This document shows, piece by piece, positions 52,861-60,462 of a stretch of DNA of 64,000 bases; the first letter of the stretch is position 1, and each line of letters starts with the position of its first letter. The position numbers and the translations under genes were made by a program. Origin of the DNA: Syntrophales bacterium (GTDB lineage Bacteria > Desulfobacterota > Syntrophia > Syntrophales > Fen-1087); assembly GCA_034678725.1 (NCBI GenBank), contig JAXDBM010000070.1:5836-69835 (forward strand). Direction: 5' to 3'. Under the pieces are notes generated by a model, which did not search any database, had not been told where the DNA came from, and worked only from the letters and a program-made list of their open reading frames with translations.

Positions 52861-53718
52861 TCACCCCAATCCTTGTCGATTCTTGACCAGCCGATCGATC
52901 CGGACCAGCATGCGAAGAAGATCCGGGAGATCATCAACCGCCAGAGAGTTCGGCCCGTCACAGAGGGCGCAGTCCGGATCCGGGTGAACTTCCAGAAACA
53001 GGCCGTCAATGCCGACAGCGACCGCCGCCCTCGCAAGATAGGAGACCATTTCGCGCTGACCGCCGGAAGAGGTTCCCTGACCCCCGGGAAGCTGGACACT
53101 GTGAGTCGCGTCAAAAACAACCGGATACCCCATGGCCCGAATCTCCGGAAGCGACCGGAAGTCCGCCACGAGATTGTTATAGCCGAAACTGGCGCCCCGT
53201 TCCGTGACCATGATGTCTTCATTGCCTGTCGACGCAGCCTTCTGCAGGATGTTTCTCACATCCCAGGGCGCCAGAAACTGTCCCTTCTTGATGTTGACGA
53301 CCCTGGCCTGTCTGGCGATTTCGATCACAAAGTCGGTTTGCCGGCACAGGAAGGCCGGAACCTGAAGAATGTCGGCAACTTTAGAGGACGGTTCGATCTC
53401 CTCGAAACGATGGACGTCCGTCAGAACGGGAACCGCAAAATTCTTTTTGACTTTCTCCAGAATCTGCAGGCCTTCCCGAAGGCCCGGCCCCCGGTAGGAG
53501 CCGAGGGATGTGCGGTTTGCCTTGTCATAGGAGGCCTTGAAGATGAAGGGAATCTGAAGGCGGCCCGTGAGCTTTTTCAAATCATCGGCAAGCGCCATGG
53601 TTTTCGCTTCATCTTCGATGACGCAGGGACCCGCGATCAGCACAAACGGTTCATCCCCGCCGATGAGCATCTCATTCAGGCGGATCTGACGCGTTTCTTC
53701 CCGATTCCGTTTCAACAT
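52861..53718 (-). CDS. kdsA: 3-deoxy-8-phosphooctulonate synthase
   Basis: AGPCVIE, KASYDKANRTS, PAFLCRQTD, KKGQFLAP, ERG.SFGY, DATHSVQLPG. Confidence 0.97.
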   Translation of the reverse strand: MLKRNREETRQIRLNEMLIGGDEPFVLIAGPCVIEDEAKTMALADDLKKLTGRLQIPFIFKASYDKANRTSLGSYRGPGLREGLQILEKVKKNFAVPVLTDVHRFEEIEPSSKVADILQVPAFLCRQTDFVIEIARQARVVNIKKGQFLAPWDVRNILQKAASTGNEDIMVTERGASFGYNNLVADFRSLPEIRAMGYPVVFDATHSVQLPGGQGTSSGGQREMVSYLARAAVAVGIDGLFLEVHPDPDCALCDGPNSLAVDDLPDLLRMLVRIDRLVKNRQGLG

Positions 53719-53723
53719 CCTCC

Positions 53724-55739
53724 TTACCCTTCCCGGTTTTTCTGCTCCAGCAGGCGAATCTTCAGCGCCCGGAACCGCTCTGCCGCTTTCTTTGATTCGC
53801 CGTTCAATTCATAAGCGGATCGATAGGCGTTGAGCGCCTCTGAATACATTTGCTTCTTTTCATAGGCTTCGCCCAGCCGGACATACACCGCATCATCCCC
53901 CGGATCGTGGCGTAAGGCCAATTTGTAAAATTCGACCGCCTTGTCGTGGTTCCCTTTCAAACCGTAGGCCTGACCGAGGTTTGCGTACACGGGCGCCTTC
54001 TTGGCAAGGAGCGGCAGAATCTTCTGATAGGTTGCGATTGCCCTGTCATACTGCCTGCCGCGGATATAGTAATCCGAAAGCGTATTCAGGACATCGGCCG
54101 TCGGCTGGACGGCAGCGTACTGCTCGTAGGCCCCTATCGCTTCTTTTGTCTTGCCCAGCCTTCCGTAGGTGTAGGCCAGGTTGTACAGGATCTGCGGGTC
54201 TTTGTTGCCGTATCGGATGGCCTTTTCGTAGTTCTCAGCCGAGGGATTCAGTTTTTTCAGTTCGCCATAGGCAAATCCGAGATTGGCGTGAATCACGGCC
54301 TTTCGCCTGGATTTTGCGACGATCTGCTCATAGAGCTGAATGGCCTGTGGATAATGTTTGTCCCTGTACTCCAGGTTGGCCAGCCGCTCCACAGCGTCGG
54401 CATCGCCCGTTTTCCGGTCACCGAACTTGCGGTATATCTTGGCAGCCTCCCTGTTCTGCTTGTTTTTCTCGAGGGCCGCAGCCAGATTCAGCTGCACGAC
54501 GGACTCCTTCGGATTCAATTCCACGGCCCGCCTCAAGCTGGCAATTTCCTCTCTGACCAGACCCTTTTTCTGGTATGCGAGGCCCAGATTGGCATAGATT
54601 GCAGCGTTCCGGGGCTGCTTCCTCAAGGCTTCCCGGTACCACTTGATCGCCTCATCGACATGGCCCGTCTTGAGGGAGACGTCTGCCAGGGCGATCATGG
54701 CATAATCGGCCTTTGGAACCTTGGCGAGGTAATTCCGGTACTGACTTGCGGCTTCATTGATCTTGCCGCTCTTCTCGTACGCCTCTCCCAGACGATAGAG
54801 GAGAATGGTGTTGTCGGGACTGAGCCTCACCGCCTCCCGGTAATTCGCGATCGCCCGATCCCACTGGTTCAGCTTCCCCTGGGCATAAGCGACGTTGGCG
54901 TATGTCGCACCGTCCTGCCGGTTGACCTGAAGCAGCATGGCGCCTGTTTTGACGACCTGGTCATAGTCCTTGCCGTTCATGTAGCACTTGAGCAACTCGG
55001 ACAGGGCGGCGGCATCGTCCGGCTTGCGGGCAAGGACTTCCTTGTACAAGGCGATCGCGTCCGCTGTCTTGCCCTGGCGGGTGTAGACTGCCGCCAGCAT
55101 TTTCCGGACCTGTGTGTCCTCGCGGTTGACGGCGATGGCCTGCTTGAGATAGTCCGCCTGCAGGCGCTTATCATCGGAATCCTTCGCGTATCTGAGAAAA
55201 TCCTGCGGTGTGATGGTTACTTTCATCGGAATCCGGGCGATCACGCTGTCACGATAGAGCACGTTGATGTGATGCTCGGGAACCTGACCGGCCGGCGGAC
55301 CGCCTTTGCTCACCGTCATCAATTTGTCAATGAGTTCGATCCCCTTGAGAAGCCGGCGGAAGTCATTCTTTTCGCCGAGCCCTTCAACATCGACGGCAAC
55401 GCCCTTTTCCAGCAGATCGTCCGAGACGATGCCCTTGATGACGAATTCATCCCTGTAGGAAAGATCGAATGCGTCCTGTGCGCTCAGTTGGTAGTCCTTC
55501 CCGTTCTTCTCCACCAGCAGATAATAGAAATGCGGATTCCGGCCCAACACAAAAAAGGAAAATGCGTTGACCGCCCGCGTTGCGAAAAAAGGAGCTTTGA
55601 CGGACGTCCGGGAAAAGAATGCATAACCCCCTGCCCCCAGCAGGATGACGAAAACAGCGGCCAGGATGAGAGCGATCTTCCGTCGCCCGGGAGGTTTGAT
55701 CTTCTTTCTTACGGCCGGCCGGCCCGATTCATATTCCAT
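53724..55739 (-). CDS. Membrane-anchored tetratricopeptide repeat protein
   Basis: N-terminal basic stretch plus TM helix, then about 170 aa unique region, then serial TPR-like repeats (YANLG.AY...G....A...Y..A). Confidence 0.88.
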   Translation of the reverse strand: MEYESGRPAVRKKIKPPGRRKIALILAAVFVILLGAGGYAFFSRTSVKAPFFATRAVNAFSFFVLGRNPHFYYLLVEKNGKDYQLSAQDAFDLSYRDEFVIKGIVSDDLLEKGVAVDVEGLGEKNDFRRLLKGIELIDKLMTVSKGGPPAGQVPEHHINVLYRDSVIARIPMKVTITPQDFLRYAKDSDDKRLQADYLKQAIAVNREDTQVRKMLAAVYTRQGKTADAIALYKEVLARKPDDAAALSELLKCYMNGKDYDQVVKTGAMLLQVNRQDGATYANVAYAQGKLNQWDRAIANYREAVRLSPDNTILLYRLGEAYEKSGKINEAASQYRNYLAKVPKADYAMIALADVSLKTGHVDEAIKWYREALRKQPRNAAIYANLGLAYQKKGLVREEIASLRRAVELNPKESVVQLNLAAALEKNKQNREAAKIYRKFGDRKTGDADAVERLANLEYRDKHYPQAIQLYEQIVAKSRRKAVIHANLGFAYGELKKLNPSAENYEKAIRYGNKDPQILYNLAYTYGRLGKTKEAIGAYEQYAAVQPTADVLNTLSDYYIRGRQYDRAIATYQKILPLLAKKAPVYANLGQAYGLKGNHDKAVEFYKLALRHDPGDDAVYVRLGEAYEKKQMYSEALNAYRSAYELNGESKKAAERFRALKIRLLEQKNREG

Positions 55740-55812
55740 GCGTTAAATCCGGCAGATAATTCTTAATAAATTAATAAATTTAATTCGTTATATCAGGATA
55801 TGGTCCGGTCCG

Positions 55813-56700
55813 TCAGCTCCGCGGATGGTACTTCCTGTGAACATCCCTCAGCCGCTCCCGTGTGACATGGGTGTAGATCTGCGTTGTCGAGATGTCGGCG
55901 TGACCCAGCATCATCTGCACGGAACGGAGATCGGCGCCCCCTTCCAGCAGGTGGGTGGCAAATGAATGCCGGAATGTGTGCGGATGAACCTTTGTCCCCA
56001 ATCCCGCCCGGAGTGCGTATTTTCTGACGATTTTCCAGAATCCCTGTCTCGTGAGCCCCTGCCCGGACCGGTTCAGAAACAGCAGGTCGCTCTGCCGTCC
56101 CTTTATCAGCCGGGGTCTTGATTCCTCGATATATCGACGCAGGCAGTCAAAGGCACACCGACCGATCGGAACAATCCGCGCCTTCCCCCCTTTGCCCATC
56201 GTCGAGAGAAAGCCGACCTGCCAACTGATATCGTTCATCTTGAGATGGATCAACTCGGAGGCGCGGAGTCCAGTTGCGTACATCAGCTCAAGCATGGCCC
56301 GGTCCCTCCATCCGGCATTTCCGTCCGGAAGGGGCTGCTCCAGCAGATGGTTCATTTCCTCACGGTTCAGCGTTCCGGGCAGGCGCATCCAGACCCTTGC
56401 CAGTTCGATGCGGACAAGGGGATTCCGGTCCGCGATTCCTTCCCGCAGCAGGTACTTGTGAAATCCCCGGACAGCCGCCAGAGCACGGTTCACGGAACTT
56501 GCGGAAAGTCCCGCGCTTTTCCGTTCGGCGAGATAGGCCATGACAACATCGGGGGAAATTTCCTGGGGAACTGCGCAACCGCTTTTTCGGGCAAAAGCGA
56601 GGTAGCCGTTCAAGTCGCGGCTATAGGCGTCCAGAGTGTTTCTCGAGCATCCTCTTTCAACGAAAAGGCAGTTCAAATACTGATCCAGAAACTCGTGCAT
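55813..56700 (-). CDS. xerD: Site-specific tyrosine recombinase XerD
   Basis: NTL.AY.RDL, RDRAMLELMYATGLR.SEL, GKG.K.R.VP, HPHTFRHSFATHLL.GGADLR.VQ.MLGH.DISTTQIYTH. Confidence 0.95.
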   Translation of the reverse strand: MHEFLDQYLNCLFVERGCSRNTLDAYSRDLNGYLAFARKSGCAVPQEISPDVVMAYLAERKSAGLSASSVNRALAAVRGFHKYLLREGIADRNPLVRIELARVWMRLPGTLNREEMNHLLEQPLPDGNAGWRDRAMLELMYATGLRASELIHLKMNDISWQVGFLSTMGKGGKARIVPIGRCAFDCLRRYIEESRPRLIKGRQSDLLFLNRSGQGLTRQGFWKIVRKYALRAGLGTKVHPHTFRHSFATHLLEGGADLRSVQMMLGHADISTTQIYTHVTRERLRDVHRKYHPRS

Positions 56701-56760
56701 GGAATGTTTTTAACGCAAATGAGGCGGGGAAGCAAAGCTTTTTTAAAAAAGATAAATTTA

Positions 56761-56787
56761 TTGACATCAAACCGGGCTTATGATAAT
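56761..56787 (+). promoter_or_regulatory. Putative sigma70 promoter for the DRTGG-redox gene cluster
   Basis: TTGACA followed after 15 nt by GATAAT (short spacer), preceded by an A/T tract. Confidence 0.4.
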
Positions 56788-56925
56788 CGGACGGACGTCA
56801 AATGCGGCCAAGTTACAAGCTTTTTTATTTCAGAAAATCTCGAGAAACGTCCCCGGGGGCAGTCAGTTCAAATGGCGGCTTTGGGCATAGCCGCCACAAG
56901 CCGTTTTTCGCACAAGGAGGTCATC

Positions 56926-57300
56926 GTGACCCTCAATGATGTAAAAGAGATACTGAATGCCGATGTTCTGGTCGGACAGGATCAGATGGAAATGGAGGTA
57001 AAGACCGCCTTTGGCGCTGACCTGATGAGTGACGTGCTCGCATTTGCCAAATCAGGCAGCCTTCTGCTCACCGGATTGACAAACCCCCAAGTCATTCGCA
57101 CATCCGATATCCTTGACATTGCCGCCATTGTGATGGTCCGGGGCAAAAAACCGGTTCCGGAGACCATCCGTCTGGCGGAAGAGCTTAAAATTCCGGTCCT
57201 TTCGACAAAATACATTCTCTTTGAAACAGCCGGTCGTTTGTATGAAAAAGGCATCAAGGGTTGCGTAGAAAGGGTTGACAGCAACATTGAACGCCCCTGA
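56926..57300 (+). CDS. DRTGG-domain protein 1
   Basis: GTG start after AAGGAGG; ADLMSDVL, LLTGL.N.QV.RT, I..VRGK.P, IPVLST. Confidence 0.85.
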   Translation: MTLNDVKEILNADVLVGQDQMEMEVKTAFGADLMSDVLAFAKSGSLLLTGLTNPQVIRTSDILDIAAIVMVRGKKPVPETIRLAEELKIPVLSTKYILFETAGRLYEKGIKGCVERVDSNIERP

Positions 57301-57736
57301 AAAACCCATCTATGAATGCAGCTACACCGTTGAGGGTGGAAATTTTGACGAGGCGGGGAAGGTTTCCAGCCAGATCAAGGCGAATTTGAAAAAGCTGCAT
57401 CTGAGCCAGGACGTCGTCATGAAGGCCTCCCTGGTCGCCTATGAATCAGAAATCAATATCGTCTCCTATGCAAAAAGAGGGATGATTCAACTGTCCGTAA
57501 CGCCCCATAAGGTCAAGATCGAAACCATCGACGAAGGACAGGGGATCCCGGACATCGATCTGGCCATGCAGGAGGGCTATTCCACCGCAACCTCAAAGAT
57601 CAGGGAAATGGGCTTTGGCGCGGGCATGGGATTGTGCAACATCAAGAAATTTTCCGACCTGTTTCAGATCACTTCGGAAATCGGCAAGGGAACCCATCTG
57701 AAGATGGTCATCAATATTGCCAACAACTCGTCATAA
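57275..57736 (+). CDS. Anti-sigma-factor-type (RsbW/RsbT-like) GHKL Ser/Thr kinase
   Basis: YESEINIV (N box), DEGQGIPDI..AMQEGYST (G1), GFGAGMGL (G2), S..GKGT; TTG start at 57275 or 57287. Confidence 0.87.
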   Translation: MTATLNAPEKPIYECSYTVEGGNFDEAGKVSSQIKANLKKLHLSQDVVMKASLVAYESEINIVSYAKRGMIQLSVTPHKVKIETIDEGQGIPDIDLAMQEGYSTATSKIREMGFGAGMGLCNIKKFSDLFQITSEIGKGTHLKMVINIANNSS

Positions 57737-57754
57737 AGGGGAAAAAGAAAGCCG

Positions 57755-58117
57755 GTGGACCTCGCATCAATCGTTAAATTTTTGAACCTGAAGGTTTGCG
57801 CGGGCGCGGACCAGCTCAACCGACCCGTACGCGGGGGGTACACGGGCGATCTTTTGAGCGACGTCATGGGAAACAGCAAGGAAGGGGATGTCTGGGTCAC
57901 GCGACAGGTCCATCAGAACATTGTCGCGGTGGCCAGCCTGAAGGAGCACGCCGGAATCATCCTCGTCCACGGGGCCCAGCCGGCAAAAGACACACTGGAG
58001 AGAGCGACGCGGGAAAACATACCCCTGCTGGTATCCGAACAATCCGGCTTTGACGTCGTGGGGCAGATCCACGCCCTGATCGCCAAAGAGAAAAATAACG
58101 CCGTTTCGGGGCATTAA
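57755..58117 (+). CDS. DRTGG-domain protein 2
   Basis: GGY.GDLLSDVM, VWVT.Q.H.N.VAVA, A.RENIPLL. Confidence 0.83.
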   Translation: MDLASIVKFLNLKVCAGADQLNRPVRGGYTGDLLSDVMGNSKEGDVWVTRQVHQNIVAVASLKEHAGIILVHGAQPAKDTLERATRENIPLLVSEQSGFDVVGQIHALIAKEKNNAVSGH

Positions 58118-58167
58118 GACCATGCGAATCATGGTCTTTTTTTTGATATTTTTTCAGGATACGCATC

Positions 58168-58908
58168 ATGCTCAGGGCGTTTCGCTGCGATCTTCACATG
58201 CACACCTGTCTTTCGCCCTGCGCGGAATTCGACATGTATCCGAAAGCACTCATTGACAAATGCATAAGCGAAAAGCTGGACCTGATCGCCGTCTGTGACC
58301 ACAACGCATCGGAAAACGTGCCTCCCGTCCTGAGCCTGGCAAAGGGGAAGCCGCTGACCGTTCTGCCGGGGATGGAAATATCCAGCATGGAGGAGGTGCA
58401 CCTGCTGGCCCTCTTCGACGACCTGGGCGACCTTCTGAAGCTTCAGCGGATCGTCTACGAAAATCTCCCGGGCAGAAATCAGGAGGAGCTTTTCGGATGC
58501 CAGGTCATCGTCAACGACCGGGATGAAGTGGAGGGCATGAACGAGCGGCTGCTCATCGGTGCAACCCAACTGCCGCTTCAGGAAATCATCGACCGGATTC
58601 ACTCCCTGGGCGGCCTTGCCGTGGCTTCCCATATCGATCGCCCCAGCTACAGCGTCATCAGCCAGCTTGGATTCATCGATCCGTCCATGCCCTTTGACGC
58701 CCTGGAGGTCACGCCGGCAATCGGAATCAGGGGGGCCCGGCGGCAGTACCCCGAGCTTTCCTCCTTTGCATTTATCGAATCATCGGATGCCCATTTTGTC
58801 CATGATATCGGTCGGGCGTTCACGACGATGATCCTCGCGGGGGCAAACATCCGCGAGCTGAAGCTTGCCTTTGAAAACCGGGACGGGCGCCATGTGGAGG
58901 CACCGTGA
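58168..58908 (+). CDS. PHP-domain phosphoesterase
   Basis: DLHMHT.LSPC, DHN, GMEI...EEVH, SHIDR, SSDAH metal ligands. Confidence 0.9.
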   Translation: MLRAFRCDLHMHTCLSPCAEFDMYPKALIDKCISEKLDLIAVCDHNASENVPPVLSLAKGKPLTVLPGMEISSMEEVHLLALFDDLGDLLKLQRIVYENLPGRNQEELFGCQVIVNDRDEVEGMNERLLIGATQLPLQEIIDRIHSLGGLAVASHIDRPSYSVISQLGFIDPSMPFDALEVTPAIGIRGARRQYPELSSFAFIESSDAHFVHDIGRAFTTMILAGANIRELKLAFENRDGRHVEAP

Positions 58909-58911
58909 GCC

Positions 58912-59460
58912 GTGCTGGAACTGTCCCTTCATATCCTGGACATTGCGGAAAACAGCATACGCGCCAGGGCCCGCCGGGTCGTAATCGCGATGACGGAAGA
59001 TGGCGAAGCGGACCGGTTGACACTGGAAGTCCGGGATGACGGAAAAGGGATGACCGGGGAGGAGCGGAAGCGGGCCCTGGACCCTTTTTACACGACCAAG
59101 AAAGTCCGGCGTGTGGGACTGGGGCTTCCGATGCTGGCACAGGCCGCCGCCAATACCGGAGGAAGCCTGGAAATTGAATCGAATCCGGAGGCGGGCACCA
59201 CGGTCCGGGTTGTCTTCGGGCTCCGTCACATCGACCGTCAGCCCCTGGGGGATCTGCCGGGGACAATCGTTACACTGGTGGCTGGAAATCCGGACATCCG
59301 CTTCGTCTACCGCCATCAACGCGACGGTCGGGTCTACACGCTGGACACGGATGAAATCAAGAGGGAAATAGAAGATGTCCCGATCAATCACATCGAGGTT
59401 TTAAAATTCATCCGCCATGATGTCGAGGATGGTCTGAAGGAAATCAACGCGGAGGCATGA
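58912..59460 (+). CDS. Stand-alone histidine-kinase-like ATPase (HATPase_c) protein
   Basis: ELSLHILDIAENS (N box), DDGKGM (G1), DPFYTTK (F), GLGL (G2); no HisKA helix pair. Confidence 0.88.
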   Translation: MLELSLHILDIAENSIRARARRVVIAMTEDGEADRLTLEVRDDGKGMTGEERKRALDPFYTTKKVRRVGLGLPMLAQAAANTGGSLEIESNPEAGTTVRVVFGLRHIDRQPLGDLPGTIVTLVAGNPDIRFVYRHQRDGRVYTLDTDEIKREIEDVPINHIEVLKFIRHDVEDGLKEINAEA

Positions 59461-59492
59461 AGCAAGGAAATATAGGGATGAAGGAGGCGTCA

Positions 59493-59987
59493 ATGAAATT
59501 GGAAGATGGTGACCTGTTGAAAGAATTCACTCCGGATCAAATCGCAAAACTCGATGCGATCATTCAAAAATACAAGGGGAAACCGGGCGGGCTGATTCCC
59601 GTTCTCGAAGAGGCCCAGGTGTCTCTGGAATATCTGCCCATCGGCGTGCAGAAACGGATTGCCAAAGGCCTGAACCTGCCGTTGAGCCGGGTTTACGGCG
59701 TGGTGACTTTCTATTCGTTTTTCACCATGACCCCCCGGGGAAAGCACACCGTCCGCGTGTGTCTCGGAACGGCCTGCTATGTCCGGGGAGGCAAGGCCAT
59801 TGCGGAAAAGCTGGAAAAAGAATTCGGCGTCAAGGAAGGCGAAACCACGCCCGACCGGATGTTCACCTATGAGACCGTCCGGTGCCTGGGCGCCTGCGGC
59901 CTGGGGCCGGTCGTCGTCATCGATGAAGATGTTCACGGCCGGGTCAAACCGGGCAAAGTCCGGGAAATTCTCAGCCAGTACAATTAA
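59493..59987 (+). CDS. NuoE/HydC-like [2Fe-2S] subunit
   Basis: LIPVL..AQ...YLP, VYGVVTFYSFF, VCLGTACYVRG, CLGACGLGP; AAGGAGG RBS. Confidence 0.93.
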   Translation: MKLEDGDLLKEFTPDQIAKLDAIIQKYKGKPGGLIPVLEEAQVSLEYLPIGVQKRIAKGLNLPLSRVYGVVTFYSFFTMTPRGKHTVRVCLGTACYVRGGKAIAEKLEKEFGVKEGETTPDRMFTYETVRCLGACGLGPVVVIDEDVHGRVKPGKVREILSQYN

Positions 59988-60007
59988 CGATCAGCGGGGG
60001 AGAGATC

Positions 60008-60391
60008 ATGGCGAAACTGAAAATAGAAGACTTGAAGAAGATCAAGGAAAAGGTCCATGCGGAAACGGCCCTGCGCGATGGCGATCGACGGGCGAAAATC
60101 ACCGTTCACATGGGAACCTGCGGCATCGCCTCCGGCGCGAGAGAAGTCATGGATGCCCTGATGCGGGCCATCGAGGAGGTGAACGTGACGGACGTGGCCG
60201 TGACCACATCGGGCTGCATGGGCCTGTGCAGCCGCGAACCGCTGGTCACCGTTGAAATTATCGGCCAGGAGCCGATCAAGTACGAATATATGGACGCCAA
60301 TAAAATGAGACAGGTCTTCAAAAAGCATGTGCTCGAAGGGGACATCCAGACCCCGTTCGTACTGGCACGGGGCGCGGAGAAGACAAAATAG
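60008..60391 (+). CDS. Thioredoxin-like [2Fe-2S] ferredoxin subunit (HndB/HydD-like)
   Basis: ITVHMGTCGIASGA, TSGCMGLCSREP. Confidence 0.88.
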   Translation: MAKLKIEDLKKIKEKVHAETALRDGDRRAKITVHMGTCGIASGAREVMDALMRAIEEVNVTDVAVTTSGCMGLCSREPLVTVEIIGQEPIKYEYMDANKMRQVFKKHVLEGDIQTPFVLARGAEKTK

Positions 60392-60462
60392 CGGCTGACG
60401 AAATGGGCCGCGGGCCGAGGTCAGGCGGCTGCCAATACAGGCTGAAGGAGGATTTAAACCAA

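Noticed and set aside
55721-55748. dif-like 28-mer (GGCCCGATTCA TATTCC ATGCGTTAAAT) next to xerD
   Set aside because: Only 14 of 22 arm positions match E. coli dif and it overlaps the TPR start codon; probably chance in an AT-rich promoter region
53946-55766. 606-aa plus-strand ORF
   Set aside because: Antisense shadow of the TPR gene
55813-56700. Tyrosine recombinase as a marker of an integrated element
   Set aside because: Sequence is typical chromosomal XerD; no att repeats, tRNA target, phage or plasmid genes flank it
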